Assembly (NCBI RefSeq): GCF_039654945.1
Contig: NW_027361825.1
Location: forward strand, 34,348,001 to 34,412,000
Direction: 5' to 3'
Length of the DNA: 64,000 nucleotides
Origin: Dendrobates tinctorius
Taxonomy: Eukaryota
Part shown: positions 23,594 to 37,000 of the stretch, in pieces
Layout: each line of letters begins with the position of its first letter
Numbering within the stretch: the first letter of the stretch is position 1
Notes under the pieces: model-generated
Told to the model about the DNA's origin: nothing
What the model saw: only the letters and a program-made list of their open reading frames with translations
Databases searched by the model: none
Translations under genes and position numbers: made by a program

Positions 23594-24256
23594 TCAACAC
23601 TGAGGTACTGCCGATTGCAGGAAGTGCCTGCCTAGAGCTGCATCTGCAGAGGCCTGAGAATGAATTTGGCAATGTTTTGTAAAGGTATGCAGACCGGACC
23701 AAGTCGCAGCCTTGCAGACCTGTTCTGCCGAGGACTGGTGCCGAATGGCCCAAGAGGCGCCCACTGCCCGGGTAGAGTGCGCTTTAATCCCCGCGGGGAC
23801 AGGCACATTCCTGACACGGTAGGATTCCTGAATCGCTGTGCGAATCCACCTGGCTAGCGTTGCTTTTGAAGCGGCTAGGCCCTTCCTATGCCCCTCTGGA
23901 AGTATGAACAGGGCATCTGACTTGCGGAAGGGAGCCGTCCGCGAAATGTACCGTCTCAGCGCCCTAACCACATCCATGGTGTGGAGGGCCTTCTCAATGC
24001 GATGGACTGGCACCGGACAAAAGGAAGGCAAAACAATTTCCTCGTTGAGATGGAAAGAGGAGAGGACCTTGGGCAGGAAGAACGGTGACGTCCTGAGAAC
24101 TCGTCTGATTGACGTAATTGCCACTAGAAAGACCACTTTCCAAGAGAGGACGGTCAATGACACGTCCTGCAGCGGCTCGAAAGGAGCCTCCTGTAAGGCC
24201 CCGAGAACCTGATTAAGGTCCCATGATTCCAATGGCCTTCTATAAGGAGGCGTCAC
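23594..24256 (-). pseudogene. DIRS tyrosine recombinase (degraded)
   Basis: LVAITSIRRV, FLPKV, HSTRAVGASWA, CKAATWSGLHTFTKHC (catalytic Tyr position reads Cys). Confidence 0.88.
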
Positions 24257-24553
24257 ATGGTAAACTCCTTGAATAAACGTCTTGACCTAAGGTTTGGTGG
24301 CAATTTTGCGCTGGAAAAGCACTGAGAAGACCGAAATTTGGCCCTTGAGCGAGCTAAGCGCGAGGCCTGACTTTAATCTGGATTGAAGGAACTCCAATAT
24401 GGCCGGAATGGAGAACACCAGAGGGGAACGATCATGATCCTTGCACCATGAAAAGATATTTCAGGTGCGGTGATAGATACGCCTGGATACAGGCTTCCTA
24501 GCACTAATCATGGTGGAAATCACGTCGAGAGAGAACCCAGCCTGTGCTAAAAT

Positions 24554-25531
24554 TCAGGATTCAACGGCCACGCCGTCAAAGACAGGGCCCCCGGAGTTCT
24601 GTTGGTAAATCGGGCCCTGAGAAAGCAGATCTGTGCAATCTGGAAGTCGCCAGGGGACGTCGGCGACTAGTTCTATTAGTTCTGCATACCATGCTCGGTG
24701 CAGCCAATCTGGCGCAACTAGCATTACTGGTACACCCTCCATTCTGATCTTCATGATGACCCTCAGAAGCAAGGGAAGAGGGGGAAAGATATACGGGAGC
24801 CGGAACCGGTGCCATGGCAGAACTAGGGCGTCCGCACCGATGGCGCATGGATCGCACGACCGGGCAATGAACCGAGACACCTTGTTGTTAAGTCTGGAGG
24901 CCATGAGGTCCACATACGGAGTCCCCCAACAATGACAAATCTGGTGAAAGACTTCCGGATGAAGTGACCACTCTCCCGAGGCAATGCCTTGGCGACTGAG
25001 AAAGTCTGCTGCCCAATTTTCTATGCCCGGGATGTGAATTGCTGAGATGGGCAAATGGTTTGTCTCAGCCCAATGGAGGATGTGACTCACTTCGTGCATG
25101 GCCATCCTGCTCCGGGTACCTCCCTGGTGGTTGATATACGCTACAGCCGTGGCGTTGTCAGATTGGATCCTGATGGGGTGACCTACGAGATGGTGGAAAC
25201 TCCATAGAGCAAATCTGATCGCTCGTATCTCCAAAATGTTGAGAGGGAGACATGACTCTCGGGTCGACCAAAGACCCTGTGCCGTGTGGTGACGAAAGAC
25301 CGCACACAAGCCGAAAAGACTTGCGTCGGTGGTTACTACCAACCATCTTACTGGGAGAAAAGACCTCCCTTGATTTAGGGAGGACCTCAGAGTCCACCAC
25401 CTGAGGGCTTGCCTGACCCGCGGGGACAGAAGGATCCGACGGTCCAGCGAGAAAGGGTTCTTGTCCCAAGCTAACAGCAACGCATGTTGTAAGGGACGGA
25501 GATGAAACTGTGCAAATGGAACTGCTTCCAT
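24554..25531 (-). pseudogene. DIRS RNase H plus adenine-methyltransferase-like domain
   Basis: TTDASLFG, NILEIRAI, IQSDNATAVAYINHQGGTRS, HIPGIENWAADFLSR, DLMAS, YIFPP. Confidence 0.9.
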
Positions 25532-25956
25532 CGCAGCCCGAAGGAAGGCTCGTCTTTCCCTTGGGGGGACAGGAAAGGAGAAAGCGAGTTGGAGGGGGAG
25601 AGGAAAACTCTATCTTGTATCCGGAGGACACCAGCTCCCTGACCCACTTGTCGTGGACGACCGCGAGCAAGGTGTGCCTAAAGGAAAGTAGGCGACCGCC
25701 TACTCTGTCGGCGTCCACCGGATACCGCAACAAGTCATTGGGTAGATCTATGAGATCTGGCTCCCCAGGATCCAGAAGCCCTAGGCCTGGGTTTCCAAGA
25801 GCGGTTAGGTCTGTATGAGACCTGGGAGCCTCTGTCTCCGCAGAGACGGACCTGATCCGGAAGAGAAGGTAGAGGAGAACCAACCGGAGTTGTTATGAAA
25901 AGTACGAAAGCGCGTCGGCTGTTGGTTGCGAAATAGCCTTTTGTTGAGGAAGGAAT

Positions 25957-27191
25957 TTACTTTTTCCCCCCGGTAGCATCAGAAATGAGCTGATCCAATT
26001 TCTCTCCAAAAAGACGACCCGTTTGAAAGGGGAAAGAAGTCAACGATCTTTTAGATGTGGCATCCGCCCGCCAGTCGCAGAGCCATAGAGCTCTTCTAAT
26101 GGAGATCGCATTAGCGGCAGTTTGAGCAGCGCAATTGGCGGCATCAAAAGAGGCGTCCACTACAAAGTCCACAGTGTGAATTATCTGCCTGGCGACCGTA
26201 GTTGCCTCCGGAGGAAGATTACTTCCTTCCAGGGCACCAATCAAGACTTCTACCCAAGCGGCCATTGCTTTAGCGACCCAAATTGCCGCGAAAGATGGAA
26301 AAAGCGCTGCTCCTGAAGCTTCAAAAACTGAACGGGCAAGGTAGTCAATCTGACGATCGGAGGGGTTTCTGATTGAGGAACCCTCAGAAACGGATAGAGG
26401 CGTTTTTGAAGCGAGACGCGATACAGGGGGGTCCACAGGAGGGGACTGTAACCAATCCTTCATTAGGTCTGGATCAAAAGGGTATTTAGCCTGAGTAGAC
26501 TTTTGCCCTGTGAACCGCTTATGCGGACGATCGCTATGTTTCTGAACAATTTCCTTAAGGTCCGGATGGCTGGTAAATAACCTGCGCACACGCTTGGTTT
26601 TCTTAAGCGAGATAGGATGTGCTGGAGCGGGAACATTATCCTCATCCAACTTCAGAATCCTGTTGACTGATTCTATAAGAGAATCAAGCGACTCTTGATC
26701 AGTTGGGGGATTCTGAGGGGCTGACATGTCAGATTCGAATTCAGAGTCGTGCTCGCTGAGAACTCCAGGAGAGCGAGAGACAGGAGTTGCAGATGCAGAG
26801 GCACGAACGGGACTAGGGGACGCGTCATGGGTCCGCTTGCTAGAGACATGCTCATCCCTTGAACGAGTACGGCCCCTGCTGGTGGACGGTTCCCGGCCGA
26901 CGCCAGAGCCTTCCTCGGGGGATAAGGACGCCTTCTGGCTTAGAGTCCTCCCGGAGAGAGAATATATCCTGGGTCAGAGACTCCACCGACAGTGACGCAG
27001 CCCACTCAGGGGTACTAAACGCAGGAGGCCCGTCAGCAGCGGCGGCGAAGGGCGATTGAGTGCAGGTCGGGGCACAGTCCTTGCAACGGATTAGTCTGCG
27101 CACTGGGTAAGGCAGACTTGCAAGTGGTACACACGGTAAAAAACGCAGTGTGCTTTTTAGCAGCCCGTTTAGACTCCTTAGATTGAGACAT
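25957..27191 (-). pseudogene. DIRS gag-like ORF1 (frameshifted)
   Basis: ATG at 27191 with CxxC motifs; PPVDPPVSRL, IRRALWL, LPF-like FQTGRLFGEKLDQLIS motif. Confidence 0.8.
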
Positions 27192-30100
27192 AGCGCTCCT
27201 AAAAGGGTTAACGGCAGTCTGCTGCAGGGAACGTGCCGGGAAGGGGTTAAGCTTTAATCTGAGGGCAGATGCAGCTTACCCGGTCCTATGGTGTGTCCCC
27301 CAGGAGGAATAGCGGTGGCCCTGCGGTGTCACCCGGTATCCGGAAGAATGCTTGCCTCACAGCTCATGTCCAGAGCAGGCTGAGGTAAAAAGATATGGCG
27401 CCCGAGATTAGAATTGCACATCTCGCCAGGTATGAGAGGCACCAAGGCAGAGATAATAGCGTGGGCGGCGCTATTCAAATTGCAGCCTAGTAGGCCAGAA
27501 AAGCCGGGGGCTAAATTTTTCAGGCTACCCGCGGTAGCGCCGAGGGGGGCCGGTGCACCGACCCCATACCTCAACTCCAGTGCTCAGCGCTGTCCGGCCA
27601 TCCATGCAGGCTCTCATCCTCCTGGGCTGATGTAGCAGAGCCGGAGTTCTTAAAGGGGCCATGCTCAATCGATCCTCCCTATGATAGGGGGATGGAGAGC
27701 TATGGGGCTGATTCAGGGCCTACGTAAGCGCTGTCCAGTCTTCTCCATTCTGTGCGCCTGCCCTCATATCCGTGGATTCCCGGACTGCGGTCGTAAGGAT
27801 CATCGCCAATATTGCTAGAGGAATCAGCCCCAAACGTCGCAGGAAAGTGTACGGGGAGGCCTACTCCGCGTGCTTGCCTGTTGTTGGTTCGGGGGAGAGC
27901 GGGCTGTAGAAAGGAACAGTCGCCCCCTTCACTCCGTTAATTAAAAAATAAAAATGTACAGAATTCAAAAAATAAAAATGGTAGGGTCTGAAACCAGACC
28001 CAAGTGCCTCCTACAGACACAAAGCACGAACTGGAGATATCTCATCCAGCGAGAGGGTGTATACTGCAGGGGAGGAGCTAACTTTTTTCTCGTTTACTTA
28101 GTGTCCTCATAGTGGCAAGCAGCATAACACCCAGTCTCTGTGTCCCCCAATGAGCTGTAGGAGAAAAATCATTTACTTAACCAAGGCGGTGATTGGGGGG
28201 GGGGGGGGCGCTTGTTTTATTATTTTTATCACTGTAAAGGGTCTATCACAGTGATCAAAATGAGACAATAGGAAAAATCTATTGTTGCCAGGTCCTGGCC
28301 AGCAGGTCTCGGCAGGCGCACTGCGCATGCTCCCGACATTTTCTGACGTGGAGGGCCAGAAGCGGAGCAGGACAGTCTGAGGATCGCGGAGGGACTCAGG
28401 ATACCCCCATTTCCCTCTCCGATGTGCTATATCATATGAGGAGATAGAAATGAATGGAAAATTTAGCTTTTTTTTTGTGGTTGCCATTATTTGGTGAATA
28501 ACAGCAATCACTAGACTGGGGAAGGTAAAAAAAAAAAAAAAAACCTGACCAGAATCATGTTCTCCGGGGTCTCAGCTACCTCCGGTAGCCCAGACCCGAG
28601 ATTTTCCAACGCTTGGAGGCGCTATACCCTTATTTCTCACAGTCATTAAAAAGCGGAGCTGAGAAATAAGCACCCTTAACTGCCGCCGTTAAAAGACATA
28701 TCGGCGGTCGTTAAGGGGATAATGTATTAAAAAAGATGCATATATTACTGCAAGAAAAAAAAATTATACATGTCTAAGTGGGCTGGGAGAATGTAATTTG
28801 GGACATTTGCAAAATTCTAATACTATAGGGGTTTTTTTTTTTTTTATTCCATGTAAAGTCATTCACCCCAGTAATCTCACAGAGATGTCGCTTTAGAGCC
28901 CAGCATCACAAAGATAGATGTGTGTTTGCTTCCAGATAATGGAGGTAGCTGGTGTGAAAATGTGTAGATATAAATTATACTAACATTATGGGCAGAGGTT
29001 TTAAGTGAGATTTTAGTAAGGGGTTGTTCACTACTCGGACAACCCCTTTCCAAACTATGTTGGTCCCTTGTGGAATAACACCTATACTCTCCTCCGATGC
29101 TATCCTAGTGGTGTTGGCATTGGCTTTCCCAGGGATTGAGTGACATTACATCACACAATCCTTGAGGTCGATCAGCGCCAGCTTCACTTTCCTGCAGGCA
29201 AATCACACCTATCCAGAGGGAGTGAGCAAGCCAGCACCGCCGACCCCGTGCAAGAGCAGAAGATTGGGGTTATTTTACAAGGAAACATAGGGACAGATGT
29301 GGACAACCATTTTAAGAGATTGTAAAGACCAACATTTGGTTCACATCAGTGGCAACAAGTTCTGTCATTTCCTTTTAAATTAAATGGCCATAAACAAGAA
29401 TCCCAGACAGCACATATCATCTATCTTCATCATCAGAAAGGGCCATGTCTGTCAGGAACTCCATTAACACCAGGGTAAACTTAGCGTTACACACGTCTGG
29501 AAACAGTGCAGACCCCAGCGCAGCATTCTTGCCCTTAGTAAGCAGCAGGAGGCTCAGCTCTGGGCTCTGCTGAGGGCAAAATATCTGACACGTCAAGTTT
29601 TCTGCAATTAGAAAAGGCAGCAGGTAATTCCATAGTGAGCATCTATCAATGAACCAGTATCCAAGCGCGTGCGTCTGAGGGCCGTAAATAGGAATCCTCC
29701 AGGTAGAGGGGACCCTGTGTGTGTAGGCACTGGCGATACAAGCTGTGCTCTGACAGGATCCCTGTACCCGGCCTCTGAACACAAAGTGACCACTGTACAT
29801 CCCCATCAATGAAACCCTTGTGCCAGCCTGGATCTTGTGTGTCACATCTGACCTTAAACCGGGTGGTAGGGCTTTTTTTTTTTTTTTTTTTTTTTTTAAG
29901 TTAACCAAGTGTAGTTTGAGATTTTTTTTTTGTACATGTAAACTTAACTTTCAGTATATATTTAATTTAGCATCGGTGTATGAATAAACACAAAACTGTG
30001 AGCTTTATTCTCATTACCAAAAGGATGGATTTAGACATGCCACTATCTCGAGCCAAGTATAGGCTGTGTATTAAGGACTAATGGCCCCTTCACACAGCGA

Positions 30101-31460
30101 TCGCGCTAGCGAGATCGCTGCCGAGTCACAATTTTGGTGACAACAGCGATCTCACCAGCGAGATCGCTGTGTGTGACAGCGATCAGCCCCCCTGCCGGTA
30201 TCGCTGCAGGAAAGGCCAGAACTTTTTTTTGGTTGCTGGTCTCCCGCTGGCCAGCACGCATCGCTGCGTGTGACAGGTGGGAGTCCAGCGATCTGCTGGT
30301 AACTAATGTACACATCGGGTATCCAAGGGACATGCGTCCCTTAGATACCAGATGTGTACGTTAGTTACCAGCTTCCTGCATCAGCGCGCTGGTTACTAAC
30401 GTGGACAGTGACGCCAGGCGCTGCTGTGCTGATCGCTGGTGACGCTGTCTGTTTGACAGCTCACCAGCGATCACATAGCAATTCACCAGCGATCCTGACA
30501 CATTGATAGCGACTCACCAGCGATCCTGACAACGATATGTGTGACTCCAGCCTAACTCTAGAGCCTGACATATGACTATGGGGCTGATGAAGGGTTATCT
30601 GCGACTATTTTATTTTTTTTTTTTTTTTGCTATGGAGCCATAAACTAACAGGCCTGTAGTAGCTACTTACCTGCCCATTCGGCCCAGCACCGATCTCTGC
30701 TCCTGTGGCATCACATCGACAGGGCAGCTTCTTTTTCTGCTCTGCTGATGTCACGCCGATAGGCAGCAGAGAAACAGAAGCTGCTGACAGAACAAACCAG
30801 AAGAGCTGCTTTGTTGATGCTCGGCCATATGAAGACTCAAGAGCGTTCTGTGAATGCTCAGATAGGTAGTTGCCAACTATGTGCTGTCTCGTAAGATGTT
30901 AATACCGGATAACCCCTTTAAGTTTGAGTCAGGAAACTAGTAGAAATAAGTTTAAGAAGTCGAGAAAATTCCAGTAAGTGTTGGGAGTGTATGTAATATA
31001 CAAGGCCCGACTACAATGTAGCCTCAGGAGGTGCTGGAATTGGATCAACAAGCTTCCATGCACTGGAAACAATAAAACCCTCTATCCAAAACACGAGCTG
31101 TGTGCCCCGCTTTTTAATCAAGAGATTAGTGGTCTGTCCAGAAATCTGTGTCCTACGACAGATATATTTGCATCTGAATTCAACCCTACGAGGGGTCCAT
31201 GTGACTGCACAAAACGCAGAACTGACAGCTGAAGTTTTGCTTTGTGGCCGTTCAGAGCGGTCACTGACACAGCGATGGATAGGAAATATATGATCCAATA
31301 ACATTTTAGGTCTGATTTACACAGTGACCATCTTGGATTAGCTCAATGTAATCTTATTTGTTGTCCATTAATTCACTTTTGCCAAGATTCACCATGTGCC
31401 AAACATCACAACAATCCAATATTTGTAAAAATGGAGACAGATACATATAAAAAAAGAAGT

Positions 31461-31466
31461 TTTATT
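31461..31466 (-). promoter_or_regulatory. SNRPA: SNRPA poly(A) signal AATAAA
   Basis: 4 nt downstream of the PIE hairpin, followed by U/GU-rich sequence. Confidence 0.8.
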
Positions 31467-31470
31467 CACA

Positions 31471-31515
31471 AGCTCCAGGTATAATGTCTGGCAATCAGAC
31501 TCTGGGTGCAATGCT
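31471..31515 (-). promoter_or_regulatory. SNRPA: U1A polyadenylation inhibition element (PIE)
   Basis: AGC-AUUGCAC-CCAG-A-GUCUG-AUUGC-CAGAC-AUUAUAC-CUGG-A-GCU reproduces the two-internal-loop PIE fold in the U1A 3' UTR. Confidence 0.93.
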
Positions 31516-31706
31516 TCTGATGCATATAAAAAAAGGAACCATGCCATACTCACCAACACAAGATGAGAGTTCAGCACTGAACAAGGGCTTCAAATTTAAA
31601 TTAAAAAGTCCAATCAGTATTTGCTGCAACCCAATTATAAGACAAGTCAGCAGTTTTACCGGAACAGGCGGATGCTTGCGATGCTCCTACACCCAGCGGT
31701 GCACAA

Positions 31707-31866
31707 TTACTTCTTGGCAAAAGAAATTTTCATGGAGTTGCTCTGGGTGATCTTGAATCCTTGTAGAGACTCTCTGGCAGCAGCCGCCTGGACCTCATTG
31801 TCAAATTCCACGAAGGCTATGTCGTGACGTCCAGGGACGAGACGGACTTCTTTGAAGCCAGGGAAC
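31707..31866 (-). CDS. SNRPA: SNRPA (U1 snRNP A) last coding exon, RRM2
   Basis: [52 protein letters not shown]. Confidence 0.97.
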
Positions 31867-32098
31867 CTTAAAAAAAAAAAAAATAAATAATTATATATAT
31901 ATATATATATATATATTTATTAAATAACGTTGAGCATTAAGGAAGTGAACCAGTGTGGCAGGACGCACATACTAGACAGCGATAAGCTTGTCTACAGTAC
32001 TGCATGGCCAAAAAACAAGGTCATTTTCAGAAATTTAAAAAGACTAATACAAAAGTGATAACTTCCCTGATACCAGGAGAGGGCGCTAGAGATACTCA

Positions 32099-32221
<123 letters not shown>

Positions 32222-32636
32222 TCATCAATTATAGGAGGCACAATACAGAAGACTGCATAAGACAGATGAAACTTAAAAAAGGGGCTGCCCATAGCTGCAG
32301 AAAAAAACAAACAAAAAACCACAAAAAAAAACACACACCAGCACTAATCTGTGTGTAAAGTGGTCAGATGCCCTACACAATGAGGGGCGAGATCGCCCAT
32401 TGCATGGGGAAATGTTGTAATATCATACACGTTGGGTGGTATCAAGTGCAGCAAAAGAGGAAAATACCAGAAGGAACCTTCCTTCCAGGGATTCTTCAGT
32501 GTGGCACAGGTTAGAGCCTCTTTATGCTGTGCTATAATATTTTATGAGTGGCGAATTGGCTTGTGCCCTAGTGATGGTGGCACAAATCTCTTCTACACAG
32601 TGTAAAATTAAAACAAACTTCTTGTAGTCTGCTCAC

Positions 32637-32816
32637 CGGTTGCATTGGTGCCATTTGTCCTGGCATCATCTGCCCGTGTGGCATACCACCTGGCGGCATC
32701 TGTCCTGGAGCAATTCCTGGTGGCGGCATCATGCCAGGATGGTGCATATATGGCGACTGTCCAGCCATATGCATCATACGAGGTGCCTGGTTCATTCCAG
32801 GGATGTTCTGCATTCC
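32637..32816 (-). CDS. SNRPA: SNRPA coding exon 4 (Pro/Met-rich linker)
   Basis: [34 protein letters not shown]...MQP, 180 nt; long linker distinguishes U1A from U2B''. Confidence 0.95.
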
Positions 32817-32884
32817 CTAAAAAGAAAATTTATAAGAAAGATCCAGAACAAAAGCAGGAACAAAACATCAGTAGGAGAACTCAC

Positions 32885-33058
32885 TGGCATCTGCCCTGGT
32901 AAGCCTGCCACCATGGGAGCACCAGGAACAATCTTCTTTGCAGCTGCAGCTTCCAGCCCCTTGACTTTCCTCTTCTCCTGTCTCTTACGGTCTCTCTCCA
33001 CAAAGGTCCCTTTAATTTTAGCTATGATGTCGGAGTCAGACTTTGCATATTGTATTCT
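32885..33058 (-). CDS. SNRPA: SNRPA coding exon 3
   Basis: [31 protein letters not shown]...GQMP, 174 nt. Confidence 0.96.
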
Positions 33059-33114
33059 CTGAATGAAAAAAAGAACGAACTCTGGATTACTTAGATATTT
33101 TTCAGTGCAGATTA

Positions 33115-33396
<282 letters not shown>

Positions 33397-34046
33397 TTAT
33401 AATCCATGAAGCCAAATCATGCGCCGCAGCTCCCCACCTGCACCCAGAGGACTCAGGAAGGGACTGTCCTGGCCCAACTGGAAACCTTAAGTGTAAGGGA
33501 CACTGCACAAAGATGACAAGAGGAATCCTATGTGTCTCCACTTCCTTAGAGCGCCAATAACTAAATGATTCATTGGATCCTGGTCCATCAGCCATTGGAC
33601 AGGTGCCCTGTGTACCATCTCTCACCGTATGGCATATGTGGTTCTTTTGACTAGCTCGCCTGGCATGATCCCACACGTGACATGGCACTAGGCGAATCAA
33701 AAGAAGAGCCATGGATACCGGCGGGTCTCCCATCTAGTAGCCACAGATAACAGATGGAATGGGATTTGCAAACCAAATTGCACCAACCATAAAATTTTAT
33801 TTTAGATAATTCATTGACTTATACCATCCTGAGAATCTAGAAAAATATTATATTATAATATCAATAACATGAAAGCCATTGGCTCTAGCTAATGCCAGAT
33901 TAAAGAGTCTTAGTCGTTTTGATACTGGAAAATTACTACAGTATATACTCGAGTATAAGCCGACCCGAGTATAAGCCGACCCCCTAATTTTGCCACAAAA
34001 AAACTGTGAAAACTTATTGACTCGAGTATAAGCCTAGGGTGGGAAA

Positions 34047-37000
34047 TGCTCCATAGATTATTCCCCCATATGGTGTCCCCAGAAGAAGCTCCATAGATTA
34101 TTCCCCCATATACTGCCCCCATAAGCAGCTCCATAGATTATTCCCCCATAAGCCGCTCCATAGATTATTCCCCCATATGCTGCCCCCATTAGAAGCTCCA
34201 TAGATTATTCCCCCATATACTGCCCCCATAAGCAGCTCCATAGATTATTCCCCCATATGCTGCCCCCATAAGCAGCTCCATAGATTATTCCCCCATATGC
34301 TGCCCCCATAAGCAGCTCCATAGATTATTCCCCCATATGCTGTCCCCATTAGAAGCTCCATAGATTATTCCCCCATATACTGCCCCCATAAGCAGCTCCA
34401 TAGATTATTCCCCCATATACTGCCCCCATAAGCAGCTCCATAGATTATTCCCCCATATGCTGCCCCCATTAGAAGCTCCATAGATTATTCCCCCATATAC
34501 TGCCCCCATAAGCAGCTCCATAGATTATTCCCCCATATACTGCCCCCATAAGCAGCTCCATAGATTATTCCCCCATATGCTGCCCCCATAAGCAGCTCCA
34601 TAGATTATTCCCCCATATGCTGCCCCCATAAGCAGCTCCATAGATTATTCCCCCATATACTGCCCCCATAAGCAGCTCCATAGATTATTCCCCCATATAC
34701 TGCCCCCATAAGCAGCTCCATAGATTATTCCCCCATATGCTGCCCCCATAAGCAGCTCCATAGATTATTCCCCCATATGCTGCCCCCATTAGAAGCTCCA
34801 TAGATTATTCCCCCATATACTGCCCCCATAAGCAGCTCCATAGATTATTCCCCCATATACTGCCCCCATAAGCAGCTCCATAGATTATTCCCCCATATGC
34901 TGCCCCCATAAGCAGCTCCATAGATTACACAGGTCAACGAAAAAAAAATTTTTTTCTGGTGTCCAAAATATTTTAATGAATTTGGGGTATTTTTGGGGTG
35001 CTGATTCTGAATATGTCATCAGTTTTGCCAGATTGGCTCAAGTTTTTGAGATTTTTGGTATCTTATTTATAGCACTTGTTGGTAAATGCGACGCATCATC
35101 TCATTAATTTCTTTGGATTAGTACTTGAACTGAGCAGTTCTCAATATAGTTTTGTGTTAATTAGTGTTCTAAAAGTTTGTTCATAGCTTGATTTTTGCAC
35201 TAACTTTATGTTGTTGTCTGTTTTCCAGTGAAAAGCATGAACTCATCATGAAGAAGTTGTCTTAACGATCCAGACTCATTCTGTTACATTTGTGGTGAAT
35301 ATACACTGCCAAAACATAGAAGAAACATAACAGACTTCGTAAAAAAAGTGTATTTTGCCTATTTTGGGGTTATGCTTGGGGACCAAGACAAGTTTTGGGC
35401 ACCACACATAGTGTGCAAAGCATGTATCGAATTATTACGAAAATGGAGCAAAGGACAAAGAAAAAGCTTCAAATTTGGTGTTCCAATGGTGTGGAGAGAG
35501 CCAAAAAATCATCATGATGACTGTTATTTCTGTGCAGTGCAAGTGCAAGGATTCAATAAGCATAAGAAACGAAAATGGGAGTAACATGGAATCTGCAAGA
35601 AGGCCTGTCCCTCATTGTGAAGATGTGCCTGTACCTGTGTTTACCATAAATAACAGTCATCATGATGATTTTTTGGCTCTCTCCACACCATTGGAACACC
35701 AAATTTGAAGCTTTTTCTTTGTCCTTTGCTCCATTTTCGTAATAATTCGATACATGCTTTGCACACTATGTGTGGTGCCCAAAACTTGTCTTGGTCCCCA
35801 AGCATAACCCCAAAATAGGCAAAATACACTTTTTTTACGAAGTCTGTTATGTTTCTTCTATGTTTTGGCAGTGTGTATTCACCACAAATGTAACAGAATG
35901 AGTCTGGATCGTTAAGACAACTTCTTCTTGATGAGTTCATGCTTTTCACTGGAAAACAGACAACAACATAAAGTTAGTGCAAAAATCAAGCTATGAACAA
36001 ACTTTTAGAACACTAATTAACACAAAACTATATTGAGAACTGCTCAGTTCAAGTACTAATCCAAAGAAATTAATGAGATGATGCGTCGCATTTACCAACA
36101 AGTGCTATAAATAAGATACCAAAAATCTCAAAAACTTGAGCCAATCTGGCAAAACTGATGACATATTCAGAATCAGCACCCCAAAAATACCCTAAATTCG
36201 ATGAAATATCTTTGGCACCAAAAATGCTGTTGACCAGTGTTATTCCCCCATATGCTGCCCCCATTAGAAGCTCCATAGATTATTCCCCCATATACTGCCC
36301 CCATAAGCAGCTCCATAGATTATTCCCCCATATGCTGCCCCCATAAGAAGCTCCATATTGTTCCCCCATATTCTGCCCCCATAAGCAGCTCCATAGATTA
36401 TTCCCCCATATGCTGCCCCCATAAGCAGCTCCATAGATTATTCCCCCATATGCTGCCCCCATTAGAAGCTCCATAGATTATTCCCCCATATGCTGCCCCC
36501 ATAAGAAGCTCCATATTGTTCCCCCATATTCTGCCCCCATAAGCAGCTCCATAGATTATTCCCCCATATGCTGCCCCCATAAGCAGCTCCATAGATTATT
36601 CCCCCATATGCTGCCCCCATTAGAAGCTCCATAGATTATTCCCCCATATACTGCCCCCATAAGCAGCTCCATAGATTATTCCCCCATATGCTGCCCCCAT
36701 AAGCAGCTCCATAGATTATTCCCCCATAAGCAGCTCCATAGATTATTCCCCCATATGCTGCCCCCATTAGAAGCTCCATAGATTCCCCCATAAGCAGCTC
36801 CATAGATTATTCCCCCATATGCTGCCCCCATTAGAAGCTCCATAGATTATTCCCCCATATACTGCCCCCATAAGCAGCTCCATAGATTATTCCCCCATAT
36901 GCTGCCCCCATAAGAAGCTCCATAGATTATTCCCCCATATGCTGCCCCCATAAGAAGCTCCATAGATTATTCCCCCATATGCTGCCCCCATAAGAAGCTC

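Larger units (their letters stand above)
23156..28167 (-). mobile_element. DIRS-type tyrosine-recombinase retrotransposon, internally deleted
   Basis: inverted terminal repeats (~23200-23335 vs ~28025-28167); internal complementary region 23430-23530 joining copies of both ends; gag, RNaseH/MTase and YR remnants. Confidence 0.93.
22030..28720. mobile_element. Old piggyBac-like (TTAA/CCCC-ended) non-autonomous element hosting the SINE and DIRS
   Basis: TAACCCCTTAG at 22028 and TTAAGGGGATAA at 28711; AT-rich body; ends imperfect. Confidence 0.45.

Noticed and set aside
29417-29908. 163-aa minus-strand ORF downstream of SNRPA
   Set aside because: Starts across a poly-A tract, has no recognisable domain and no supported splice structure; possibly extended UTR or unique non-coding DNA.
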